From an uncultured Candidatus Kuenenia sp. (GTDB taxonomy: Bacteria > Planctomycetota > Planctomycetia > Pirellulales > UBA1268): 64,000 nt of DNA. The stretch lies in NCBI GenBank assembly GCA_964581055.1, contig CAZOMJ010000137.1:16291-80290 (forward strand). Direction: 5' to 3'. A program made the position numbers and the translations under genes. Within the stretch, counting starts at the first letter, position 1, and each line of letters begins with the position of its first letter. A model generated the notes under the pieces. That model did no database searches, was not told the origin of the DNA, and saw only the letters and a program-made list of their open reading frames with translations. Of this stretch, positions 8,601-17,816 are shown piece after piece.

Positions 8601-10574
8601 ATGCACGTTTCGCACGGTTTGCGACACCTCGTGGGCCTGTCACTGGCGGTTGCCCTGCTGGGCAACGGCCTCGCATGGTCGCAGCAGCCAGGCTCGGCGG
8701 CTGCCGCCGGCGGGCAAAGTCAACTGCGATGGACACCCCATCGTGCAGCGACCTCGAGCGACGGGGGCGGGACAGACCAGGCTCCTGCCGTTCCCTCGTC
8801 ACCGACCAAGCCCGGCGAGAGCGGCTCTGCCAATACCGCCCTGCAGGCGACGCCCACGACTGCCGTCAGCTCGCCCGCCGCAGCGCCGGTCACCGCTCCG
8901 CCTGCGAGCCGTGTTCAGGCCTCCATCGCTTCGTCGCCGGCCTCGGTGGGTCTGCCCGCCGGCGTGCCGGCAGTGGCTGCCGCACCGCGTCGACGAGCTC
9001 CGCAAAACCAGCCGCCCGCCCCGCCTCGGCCCCGGCCCGAGGGCCAGATGGGGGATTGGAAAAGCGACAACCGCGTGCCCGGACGATTCAGCTCCACCTT
9101 CACCAACAACGGGCAAATGACGCTGCCGAGCATGGGTGACATCAGCCTGTTCCGGACCCCGCAGGGTGACACTGGCCGACCGGTGCTTGCCGTTGAAGGC
9201 ACTCCCCGAAGGCCGAACACGAGCCCCGCGGTCACTTCTCTCGGCGGCGGCCTGGCGCCGCGATTCAATGCGACCGCCGGCCGGCCGACTGGCCAGCGGC
9301 CTGAAAGGGTGGCGATGAACGCCGACGGGCTGCCGTCGGTGATGGCACGGGCACCGCAAGCCGCCACGATCGATGACGGCTCCCTGCCCGGGCGGCTCCC
9401 CACCGCCGGCCCCGCGGGCCAGACGCCCCCGCAGCCGAACACTCTCCCGTCCATGACGACGAGCGAGGATCCGTCGATCATCATCAATACCATGCCGTCG
9501 GAGATGACGGAGATGGGCCCCGACGCCATGGGCGACTCGGGCTACGGTGACGATTTCGCCGACGGAACGATGTCGCCGGACGGTGGCATGTGGATGGGAG
9601 AGTATCCCAGCCAACTGCATGTCGAATCGTTCTATGACGATCCGTTCGCCTGCGAGGAGTCGGAGAACTTCCTGACCTGCTGGCCGCATGACGGCCGGAT
9701 CTGCGCCTGGCTGCGGCAGTTCGGCAAGCCCTACTACGGCTGGAGATGGTACCGGGATTTCAGCGCCGGTGCCGGCATCACGGCCTTCCAGAACCAGTCC
9801 AACTTCGGTCTGCTTGGCAACTACGGCACCAACGAATACATCAACTGGGCGATGCCCTTTTGGAACGCCTTCGGCGTCGGCTGGCAGTTGGGCGCGCGGG
9901 GCGTGCAGACCAACTTCCAGCAGCCCACGATCAACGGCGGCCCGGGAGCACTGCGTTCCAACGCGCGGGATCAGGTCTTCGTCACGACCGGCTTCTTCAC
10001 GCGTGCCTTCGAGGGACGCGGTTTGCAGGGTGGTGCGGTGTATGACTACCTCAGCGACAGCTACTTCGAGAACGTCGACGTGGCTCAGATCCGTGGCGAG
10101 TTGAGCTATGTCTGGGGATACCACGAGCTCGGATTCTGGGGCGCTTTCAACGCCACCGAGCAGAAGGGGTCGTTCTCGCCGAGCGCACAATCGCCGGGCG
10201 TGGCCAGCACGGTCGACCTCTATACGGCCTTCTATCGTCTCCACTTCGGCGATGCCAACGAGGCGAGGATCTGGGGTGGTGCCTCGGGCAACGGCCAGGG
10301 GGTGGTCGGATCGACGATCCGCGCCCCGATGTCGCGGTCGCTCGCCTTGGAAGGCACGTTCACCTACCTGTTGCCCGACAAGTCGCAGACGGTCGAGTTG
10401 AATCCCACGACCAGCGTGACCTTCGCACCGTCCGCCTGGAACCTGTCGGCGAACCTGGTCTGGTACCCGGCGGGCCGCGCCCGGCGGGGTCTGGCCAGCC
10501 CCTACCGCCCGCTCTTCGACGTGGCCGACAACGGCAGCATGATCCGGGCACTCTCCCGCCTCCCGACGCCGTAG
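8601..10574 (+). CDS. Secreted protein: Pro/Ala/Ser-rich region plus C-terminal aromatic/Gly-rich putative beta-barrel
   Basis: Start set at ATG 8601, preceded by GGAAGGAG. Signal-peptide-like MHVSHGLRHLVGLSLAVALLGNGLAWSQQ. About 300 aa of low complexity is followed by an alternating aromatic/Gly pattern (YYGWRWYRDFSAGAGITAF, GELSYVWGYHELGFWGAF, LEGTFTYLL, NLSANLVWYPAG). Confidence 0.6.
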   Translation: MHVSHGLRHLVGLSLAVALLGNGLAWSQQPGSAAAAGGQSQLRWTPHRAATSSDGGGTDQAPAVPSSPTKPGESGSANTALQATPTTAVSSPAAAPVTAPPASRVQASIASSPASVGLPAGVPAVAAAPRRRAPQNQPPAPPRPRPEGQMGDWKSDNRVPGRFSSTFTNNGQMTLPSMGDISLFRTPQGDTGRPVLAVEGTPRRPNTSPAVTSLGGGLAPRFNATAGRPTGQRPERVAMNADGLPSVMARAPQAATIDDGSLPGRLPTAGPAGQTPPQPNTLPSMTTSEDPSIIINTMPSEMTEMGPDAMGDSGYGDDFADGTMSPDGGMWMGEYPSQLHVESFYDDPFACEESENFLTCWPHDGRICAWLRQFGKPYYGWRWYRDFSAGAGITAFQNQSNFGLLGNYGTNEYINWAMPFWNAFGVGWQLGARGVQTNFQQPTINGGPGALRSNARDQVFVTTGFFTRAFEGRGLQGGAVYDYLSDSYFENVDVAQIRGELSYVWGYHELGFWGAFNATEQKGSFSPSAQSPGVASTVDLYTAFYRLHFGDANEARIWGGASGNGQGVVGSTIRAPMSRSLALEGTFTYLLPDKSQTVELNPTTSVTFAPSAWNLSANLVWYPAGRARRGLASPYRPLFDVADNGSMIRALSRLPTP

Positions 10575-10850
10575 TTTCGAGCGAATGCCTGCCAAGAACA
10601 AATTGCATGATGCGATGTTTTTCGCGAAAACAGCCGGCCGGCTAAGCACCAGCGGGCGAAGGCCCGCCAAGCCAGGACGGCCTGGATGGGCCTGTTTTCG
10701 TGATCCAAGCTCCCGCCGACTGCCACGTTGGCGGGATTTGTAGTATCTTGCGATTTGGCCGTGGTCAGGATCGCCTCCGCGCGACATTTCGCGGGGGGTT
10801 CGATCCCGCGCACGACGCAGCCCCAGCCCCCAATTCCCTCTTTGGAACGC

Positions 10851-12602
10851 ATGATGTCGGAACACGAACACAAAAATGACCCGTGGGCCAGTCTGGCCGA
10901 GTCTCTCGGCGCGAAGCCGGCCGCCAAACCGGCGGCGGAGCCCGCTGCACCTCCGGCTGCCGCGTCCCCGGCAACGCCTCCCCGACCGCCCCAAAAACCG
11001 CGTGAAGAGAGGCCTGCGCCCGCCGTCCGTTCCGATTGGGGCGGGCTGGCCTCGGCGTTGGGGCTCGAGCCTGCCGCGCAGCCGACCGCTTCGTCCCCGA
11101 CCAGCAGGCCGCAGCCGCCCGCGTCGCAGCCACCGGTTGCTTCCGCATCGCGGGCAGCGGCTGAGCCGCCGCCCCGCCGCAGCGAGCGGGAACAGGATGA
11201 ATTCTCCTTCGGCTTTGGCAGCCGCCGACCTGCCGCTGAGCCTGCCCAGCAGCAGAGCCGTGAGCCAGCCCGCCCGCCGAGGCGCGAAGAGCGGCGCGAA
11301 GAGCGGCGCGAAGAGCGGCGAGAAGAGCGGCGAGAAGAGGGCCACGGTGATGAAGCGGCCCACTCGCGGCCCGTCGCCGACCGTTCCGAGGAGGGGGCCC
11401 GCGACCGAGCCGAGACCGACGCCGCACCCCGGAGTCCGCGTGAAGACGAGGCTGGCGAGGGCCGTGGAAGACGCCGCCGTGGCCGCCGCGGCGGTCGGGG
11501 ACGTGGCCGACGCGAGGAAGGCCGTGAAGAGGGCCGTGATCGCCCGCTGCCCACGACGCGGCTAGATGGCGAACAACCCGCCGGTCGCCGGCCCGCTGAA
11601 GCAGCGGCGGATGACGGTTTTGACGAGCCACGGGGAGAACGGCTCGATGAACTGGCGGAACGCGGCAGCCTTCCCCGCGAGGCGGTCGGTGCCGGTGACG
11701 AAGGACAACGCCAGGAACCGGCCGGCGAAAGTGACCGCGATGCCGACGGGGCTCCGCGGCGACGCCGCCGTCGTGGCAGACGTGGTGGCCGCCGACGCGG
11801 CCGCGGCGACCGCGATGGCGATGTCGGCAACAGGCAGCCGGCAGACCGCGAAGGCGGCGAGGCGGCCCGTGATGCTGCTGAAGGTTCGCCCCGTTTTGCC
11901 GATCAGGATACCGACGACGAGCCCTTGCCGACTGGGTATGGCTCGCGGACTCCAGCGCGACCGGCGGCCGACGCCGGCCGTGCGGATGCATCCCGTCATG
12001 AAGGCGGCGAGCCGTCCGGCTCGGCCCGGACCGATGACCGCGAGTCTGGCGAGGCAGCAGGCCGGCGACGACGACGACGACGCGGTGAAGGACGTGGTCG
12101 CGATGCCCGCGGCGCCGCAGCACCGGCTGAGGGCAGCCGCGAGGGATCCGCATCACGCCGTTCGAGCGAAGGCAGCGGCCGCCGTGGACGGCGCAGCCGC
12201 CGGAGCACGAGCGATGAACGCCGTTCAGCATCCACGTTCGATCGCGGTCGCCGCGATGAATTTGCCCCGGTCGCTGGAGGACGCGAGGAGGACGACGAGG
12301 GGCTGGAGTTCCTTGGGATCGAGGATGCCAGTCATGACGGCCACGGCCGTGACGATCGTCATCCGGTGGATGACGATGACAGCATCATCGAGAGTGGCCT
12401 CAACGAAGTGCTCGACGTCCCGAGCTGGGTGGAGGCGATTGGCATCGTCATCGCCGGCAATCTCGACGCTCGCAGCCGATCACCACGCGGAAGCGACGGC
12501 GGGCGTGCCGCCGAGCCGCGGGGCGATTCCTCGGCACGCGGCGGTTCGTCAGACAGGCCACGCGACTCGAGGCGCGGCGGTCGGTCGGGCAACCAGCGCT
12601 GA
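10851..12602 (+). CDS. Arg/Glu/Gly/Asp-rich intrinsically disordered protein with short conserved-looking termini
   Basis: Start at ATG 10851 (MMSEHEHKNDPWASLAESLG). Repeated W-x-x-LA-x-x-LG motifs are followed by [27 protein letters not shown]-type tracts and the C-terminal motif VLDVPSWVEAIGIVIAGNLDAR. The competing antisense ORFs are even less protein-like. Confidence 0.55.
   Translation: MMSEHEHKNDPWASLAESLGAKPAAKPAAEPAAPPAAASPATPPRPPQKPREERPAPAVRSDWGGLASALGLEPAAQPTASSPTSRPQPPASQPPVASASRAAAEPPPRRSEREQDEFSFGFGSRRPAAEPAQQQSREPARPPRREERREERREERREERREEGHGDEAAHSRPVADRSEEGARDRAETDAAPRSPREDEAGEGRGRRRRGRRGGRGRGRREEGREEGRDRPLPTTRLDGEQPAGRRPAEAAADDGFDEPRGERLDELAERGSLPREAVGAGDEGQRQEPAGESDRDADGAPRRRRRRGRRGGRRRGRGDRDGDVGNRQPADREGGEAARDAAEGSPRFADQDTDDEPLPTGYGSRTPARPAADAGRADASRHEGGEPSGSARTDDRESGEAAGRRRRRRRGEGRGRDARGAAAPAEGSREGSASRRSSEGSGRRGRRSRRSTSDERRSASTFDRGRRDEFAPVAGGREEDDEGLEFLGIEDASHDGHGRDDRHPVDDDDSIIESGLNEVLDVPSWVEAIGIVIAGNLDARSRSPRGSDGGRAAEPRGDSSARGGSSDRPRDSRRGGRSGNQR
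11281..11340 (+). repeat. 5 x 12-bp in-frame tandem repeat (GGCGCGAAGAGC / GGCGAGAAGAGC) encoding (REER)n
   Basis: Read directly from the sequence at 11281-11340. Lies inside the disordered-protein CDS. Confidence 0.9.
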
Positions 12603-12619
12603 CAGGGTCAGCGACCCGA

Positions 12620-13363
12620 TTACTTCAGCGAGATCGTGCGGGCGAGTGGCCGCAGGATCTGGTCGACCACGCACGTGTCCACGACCTCGCGGGCCAGCGT
12701 GGCCAGCCTGTCCATCGCCTCTACGTAGGTGGTGCCCGGTTCGAGACTCCCATACTGCCGAGCCGTCACGTAGACGCTCAGTTGCTCCTCGGCGAAGTCG
12801 CCGGTGCGAACCTGGAATGCATTCGTCCTGGTCTCGGTGCTGACGCGAACCTGCACACGGCAGTCTTCGTCGAGAGAGATCGTCAGCGATGGCTCGTAAT
12901 TGATGACGCGGCCCCCGGGCAGTTCCGCCGCCCGGTCGAACGCCGGCCCCACGCCGAGGGCCTCCGCCAGCAGCGCGTTGTGATTGCCACGGAAGGCAAA
13001 ATCGAAGCCGAACAGGACATCGAGAGCCTCGCAATCGAGCGGACTGATCGAAAGAAACGCCGGCGCCAGATCGAGCACCAGACGGTGCTGATCGAGCACT
13101 GCGTCGAGCGACGACGGGTTCACCTGTCCGGAGCAGAGCCGCTTGGTCTCGACCGCTGCCCAGCGATACCGCCCTTGGTCCTTTTCCTCCTCGAGCACGA
13201 AATCCCGCTTGTCGCGGCAGTAGAACTTCCGCATCGTGGGAAAACGCTTCTGCACACGCTCGAAGAAGTGCAGGATGGTCTCCCGCTGGCCCGGAAGTTC
13301 CATCTCCGTGGCCAGATTCATGTTGACGTAGAAATCGTCGGCGAGCGACGCATACTGCGTCAT
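12620..13363 (-). CDS. Conserved-looking hypothetical protein (247 aa)
   Basis: Balanced globular composition (MTQYASLADDFYVNMNLATEMELPGQRETILHFFERVQKRF..). No family recognised. Confidence 0.6.
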   Translation of the reverse strand: MTQYASLADDFYVNMNLATEMELPGQRETILHFFERVQKRFPTMRKFYCRDKRDFVLEEEKDQGRYRWAAVETKRLCSGQVNPSSLDAVLDQHRLVLDLAPAFLSISPLDCEALDVLFGFDFAFRGNHNALLAEALGVGPAFDRAAELPGGRVINYEPSLTISLDEDCRVQVRVSTETRTNAFQVRTGDFAEEQLSVYVTARQYGSLEPGTTYVEAMDRLATLAREVVDTCVVDQILRPLARTISLK

Positions 13364-13563
13364 GCGTGTGAACTCCGGAGGGGAACGGCTGGGAACGAAT
13401 CAGTATAGGAATGCCGTGCGCGGGGTGTCAAAAAGGGGGGGCCACTCCCGGCCGCGTTGCCACCGACCGGCTGGATTCCTTCCGCGAAGCGCGGCATACT
13501 TCGACCACGGATGCCGCGGGTGCCGAGTCACCTGAAACCTTTGCCCTCCGAGAGCTGGTCATC

Positions 13564-13806
13564 ATGCCATCGCCGCCGGAAGCGTCGCGGATTCCCGATC
13601 ATCGGCTGACGATCGAAAAGCGCAGCGACGGGTCGATCGTTGTCAGGGTTCGGTCGGAGGGACCGGAAAACTCCAGGCTCCCAGACGCGGTATTCTCCTT
13701 CCGCAACGGCGACCCGCAATACGCCTACTGGCTCGGCCGACTCACGGACGCATCAACAGACAACGCTGCGTCCGCGGGCGATTCCGCGTCGGCGGGCAAG
13801 GCCTGA
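13564..13806 (+). CDS. Small hypothetical protein (80 aa)
   Basis: Internal ATG 13564 of the 131-aa ORF. MPSPPEASRIPDHRLTIEKRSDGSIVVRVRSEGPE.. looks protein-like. The upstream part of the ORF lies in the promoter region. Confidence 0.4.
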   Translation: MPSPPEASRIPDHRLTIEKRSDGSIVVRVRSEGPENSRLPDAVFSFRNGDPQYAYWLGRLTDASTDNAASAGDSASAGKA

Positions 13807-13813
13807 GCAGGTC

Positions 13814-15238
13814 TCAGTCGTCGGCACGTGAACTGGCAATCAGCGAGATGAATTCGCGATTGCTCTTGAACTTGGCGAGCTGCTTCGTGAGCTGCTCCAT
13901 GGCATCGACATGGTGCATCGAGGAGAGCGTGCGACGGAGCATGCCGACCGCATGCAGCGTGTTGGCATCGAGGAGTTTCTCCTCCCGCCGCGTCCCCGAC
14001 TGCGAGATGTCGATGGCGGGCCACACCCGCCTGTCCGACAGCTTGCGATCGAGCACCAACTCCATGTTTCCCGTGCCCTTGAACTCCTGAAAAATCAGTT
14101 CGTCCATCCGGCTGCCGGTGTCGATCAGGGCCGTCGCCACGATCGTCAGCGAGCCCCCTTCTTCGAACACGCGGGCCGTGGCGAATAGTTTCTTTGGGAT
14201 ATCGAGCGCCTTGATATCGACGCCGCCCGACATCGTGCGGCCAGTGTTGCCGACCCACTTGTTGAAGGCCCGCGCCATGCGGGTGATGGAGTCCATCAGC
14301 AGGAACACGTCCTTGCCCGTCTCTGCGATCCGCTTGCATCGCTCGATCACCAACTGCGACAGCCGCACGTGGCTTTCCACGTCGCAGTCGAGGCTGCTGG
14401 CCATCACCTCGCCCTTCACGGTCCGGCGCATGTCCGTAACCTCTTCAGGACGCTCGTCGACGAGCAGCATCACGAGTTGAACATCGGGATGGTTGGTCGA
14501 GATGGCCTGCGACACCTGCTGCAGGAGCACGGTCTTGCCGGTTCGTGGCGGTGCCACGATCAGTGCCCGCTGCCCCTTGCCAAGCGGCGTGAGCATATCC
14601 ATGACGCGAGTCGTGATCGGCTGCTGGCCGGTTTCGAGGCGAAGCCACGTCTCCGGGTTGATGGGCGTCAACTGGTCGAAGGTCTTGACGTTGACATACT
14701 GGTCGGGCGGCATGCCCTCCACTTCCTGGATTTCGCGAACCCGCGGGCCCTGCTGCCTTCTTCCGGGTTGCACGAGCGCCTTGATCGAAACGCCTTCGCG
14801 CAGCCGATACCGCTCGATCATCGTGGCGGGCACGAATGGATCGGTTCGCTCACGTTGGTAGTTGGTTTCCGGACTCCGCAGGAATCCATAGCCGTTGGGG
14901 TGCATCTCCAGGATGCCTTTGCCCGGTTCGAGCGGTATCGGCTCACCCGTTTCGGTGACCTCCGGCTCGAGTTCCGGCGGCCGCATGCCCTCTCCCTCCA
15001 TGTCGACCGCTCCGGCACCAGCCGGCACCGGGCCGCCGCCACCACCGCCACCGCGACGAAACCGCCGCCGGCGACCGCCGTAGCCTCCCCCGCCGCCTCC
15101 TCCGCCACCATGGGCCTGTCCCTGTCCGCCGCCACCGCCGTACCCGCCCGGCGCGTGACCGCCCTGGCCACCCTGGCCGCCCTGGCCGCCCTGGCCACCA
15201 AACCCACCGCGGCCCCGCGATCGCCTCCGCTTCGACAT
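13814..15238 (-). CDS. rho: Transcription termination factor Rho with N-terminal Arg/Gly-rich extension
   Basis: Walker A RALIVAPPRTGKTVLLQ, VMLLVDERPEEVTDM and the RNA-binding CSD-like GILEMHPNGYGFLRS align well with E. coli Rho. Start taken at ATG 15238 (MSKRRRSRGRGGFGG). ATG 15274 is the alternative. Confidence 0.9.
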   Translation of the reverse strand: MSKRRRSRGRGGFGGQGGQGGQGGQGGHAPGGYGGGGGQGQAHGGGGGGGGGYGGRRRRFRRGGGGGGGPVPAGAGAVDMEGEGMRPPELEPEVTETGEPIPLEPGKGILEMHPNGYGFLRSPETNYQRERTDPFVPATMIERYRLREGVSIKALVQPGRRQQGPRVREIQEVEGMPPDQYVNVKTFDQLTPINPETWLRLETGQQPITTRVMDMLTPLGKGQRALIVAPPRTGKTVLLQQVSQAISTNHPDVQLVMLLVDERPEEVTDMRRTVKGEVMASSLDCDVESHVRLSQLVIERCKRIAETGKDVFLLMDSITRMARAFNKWVGNTGRTMSGGVDIKALDIPKKLFATARVFEEGGSLTIVATALIDTGSRMDELIFQEFKGTGNMELVLDRKLSDRRVWPAIDISQSGTRREEKLLDANTLHAVGMLRRTLSSMHHVDAMEQLTKQLAKFKSNREFISLIASSRADD

Positions 15239-15938
15239 GGATAGAACGCACCCTTGGAAAAAGAGATCGGACAACCCTCGTTCGCACCGTTCGATTCGTC
15301 CGCACCCAACCGGCCTGCGTTATGCAGCCAATCAAACACGGACGGTCGAAAAGCCCAAACGAACGAGAACCTCGAAAAACCAGCCCCAGAAACCAAACCT
15401 TCCAAGCTTCGGGCCTGGACGGTGAGGCTCAAGGACGTAGCTCGGAGGCCCAGACTTCAGAGCCCACAAGTTCCAGCACCCATACGTTCCACGTGAACGG
15501 TTGGGAGACCGGAATCAGATCCCGGGTGGGCCAAGGAAAGGCCCTCTATCTCGAAAAATCCTTCGGAGATTCCTCGGGAGTGACACGGCGGCTGTGCCGC
15601 TGCTGAAAACCCCGTCTCAACGTGTCAGGCGGAAGTATCTCCTGCCCTGACAGAAATGTCAAGCGACGGGGCCCCAGCCTATTTGCTCATCGCCACCAGC
15701 CGGCAAGCTGGGCGAAATAGCCAGACATCGAAAACGCCCTCTGCCCCCAAATCTGGACCAGCGGCGTTTTCGATGCGATTCCTGCGACCGATTCGACCGA
15801 TACATCTTCCGGGTCTGAAGGCGGCCCGCTCAAACAGCCCGACGGCACTCCGTCGGACTGATTGTCGCCACCTTCGGATCCCCGTGTTCTTCGGTGCCAG
15901 TTGTCTCCAAAGGCCTGCGCGGCCCCGAGGTTGGAGTG

Positions 15939-17813
15939 ATGTCTTCCACCTGCATGGTGATTCCAATGCCAATCCCCTCCCGAATCAGCCGCCTGCTTGC
16001 CACCGTGGCCGTGATGACGCTGTCGTCTTTCTGGACGGCCGGCGCCTCAGCCGCCGTTCCGTGGCATCAAGATCTCGCGACCGCCCGCCGCGCATCCGAA
16101 CTCAGCCATCGCCCCGTGCTGGCGATCTTTACCGCAAGCTGGAGTTCGGCGAGCACGACCCTCGACAGGACGACGTTGGCCAGCGACGAAGCCGTTGCCC
16201 TCATCACGGCCTGCTTCGAGCCGGTCTGTGTGGATGTCGACACGAATCCCGAAGCCACGCGTCGCCTCGGCATCACGAAAGTGCCCACCGCCTGCATTGT
16301 CACCGCCGATGAAAAGCTGCTGTCAAAATTCGAACTCCCCGAAACGCCGGCCGGGTTCGTGGCCGCGGCGGCTCGGGCGGTGCAGGAGGCGGCCTTCGCC
16401 TCGGCGACGCGATCGATGGCTCAGGGCACCGCGACGGAGCCATCCGCCAGCCTCCGCGACTTCGCCGACATTTCCGCAAGCGGATCGGGTGCACTGCCGG
16501 CCTTTGGTGGTGATAACGGCAAGGCTGTGCGGGTGACGGCGCCGGCGGACATGCGTGGCGCCGTACCGCCGGGCGGGAAGGCGATCAACGCCGTCGCCGC
16601 CAAGGTCCGCATGCTTTCCGACTTCGCCGGCGACGACGGAAGCCTGGCCAGCGGCCCCGAGTCCGCCATCGCCGCATCGTTTCGGGAAACATCCCTCGGC
16701 CTGGCATCGCCGCCGCCTGCCGTGCCATCGGTGACGGCCCCCGCGCCGACGACACCCGTCGTCGCTGCTGTGTCTCCATCCCCGACACCAGCTCCGACCG
16801 TGGTGGCCACGCCGCCAGCTGCGGTGACGGCTGCCCCGGTCGCGACGCCCGTCCTCACGGCCGCACCTCCGGCCGCAGTTGAATCGCCACTCCCGACAGA
16901 AACGTCGCCCGCGATCCTCGCCGCCACCTCCGCATTCGGCAGCACTGCCGCGCAGGCGCCGCTCACCATCGAGCCCACTCCCACCACGCCGGCGGATCCT
17001 TCGCAGGCGACCGCCAGGTCGGCGCCGTGGCTGGGCCTGCCGCAGCAAAACCAGCCGGCCTCCCCCGCGAAGCCGGAGCCTGCGGCTGCGATGGCGGCGA
17101 TGCCCGCAGGCGGTGCGCCGGCCACCGCTACGGCACCGACCTCCCAATCGCTCGCCGACGCGAAGAACGCCACAGTCCAGCAGCCGCCGGCGGCACCGCA
17201 ACCGTCCACTCCGGAGCAACCGCTCGCAGGTGGCTCCGCCACGGCCATCGCCGAGGCAACGCCGCCGAAGCCGTCCACTACCTCGTCGCTTTTCGCCGCC
17301 CTCCAGAAGCCGTTCAGCATGTTCTCGAAGCCGGCGGCAAAGCAGCCGGCAGCGAGCAGCCCACCAACGGCCGCCACCCCATCGGCTCAGGTCGCTGCCG
17401 TGCCAGCCACCCCTTCAGAACCCGATCTTTACGGTTCCATGCCCGTCGGTCTGGAAGGCTATTGCCCCGTCACGCTCGCCGAACGCGGCGTGTGGGTCGA
17501 GGGCCGTGCCCAGTGGGGAGCGAGGCATCGTGGACGAACCTATCTCTTCGCCAGCGCCGAGCAGCAAAAGGCCTTCCTCGCCGATCCCGACCGCTATGCA
17601 CCCGCTCTCTCCGGAGACGATCCCGTCCTGGCATTCGACGCCGGAAAGAGCACGCCTGGCCAGCGTCGCTACGGTGTCACCTATCAAGCGCGGACGTACC
17701 TTTTCTCCTCGACCGAAACCCGAGACGCATTTGCCGCCAATCCGCAGCGATACACGTCCGGGGCCATGGTGGCCGAGAAGCGTACGCCGGCAGGCAGCCC
17801 GGTGATCCGCTGA
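15939..17813 (+). CDS. Secreted thioredoxin-fold protein with Ala/Pro-rich linker and tandem C-terminal YHS-like modules
   Basis: Start ATG 15939 after GGAG, with signal peptide RLLATVAVMTLSSFWTAGASAA. N-terminal Trx-like region (PVLAIFTASWSSAS, no CxxC). About 300 aa of A/P/T-rich linker follows. The C-terminus carries two copies of a C/D-P-V..R(T)YLF-S..F-x-x-(N/D)P-x-RY pattern. Confidence 0.6.
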   Translation: MSSTCMVIPMPIPSRISRLLATVAVMTLSSFWTAGASAAVPWHQDLATARRASELSHRPVLAIFTASWSSASTTLDRTTLASDEAVALITACFEPVCVDVDTNPEATRRLGITKVPTACIVTADEKLLSKFELPETPAGFVAAAARAVQEAAFASATRSMAQGTATEPSASLRDFADISASGSGALPAFGGDNGKAVRVTAPADMRGAVPPGGKAINAVAAKVRMLSDFAGDDGSLASGPESAIAASFRETSLGLASPPPAVPSVTAPAPTTPVVAAVSPSPTPAPTVVATPPAAVTAAPVATPVLTAAPPAAVESPLPTETSPAILAATSAFGSTAAQAPLTIEPTPTTPADPSQATARSAPWLGLPQQNQPASPAKPEPAAAMAAMPAGGAPATATAPTSQSLADAKNATVQQPPAAPQPSTPEQPLAGGSATAIAEATPPKPSTTSSLFAALQKPFSMFSKPAAKQPAASSPPTAATPSAQVAAVPATPSEPDLYGSMPVGLEGYCPVTLAERGVWVEGRAQWGARHRGRTYLFASAEQQKAFLADPDRYAPALSGDDPVLAFDAGKSTPGQRRYGVTYQARTYLFSSTETRDAFAANPQRYTSGAMVAEKRTPAGSPVIR

Positions 17814-17816
17814 TCG

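Noticed and set aside
10780-10830. tRNA-like T-arm sequence GGGGGGTTCGATCCCGCGCACGA, possibly a tRNA fragment or att-site remnant
   Set aside because: I could not fold a cloverleaf: the T-stem mispairs and there is no matching acceptor or anticodon arm. No integrase or direct repeat is nearby, so it is probably chance similarity within a GC-rich hairpin.
8799-11363. 854-aa ORF on the minus strand (also 10502..11830 and 10765..12231 minus)
   Set aside because: Antisense to the secreted barrel-like protein and the disordered-protein gene. Arg/Gly/Pro-dominated composition typical of off-frame ORFs in high-GC DNA.
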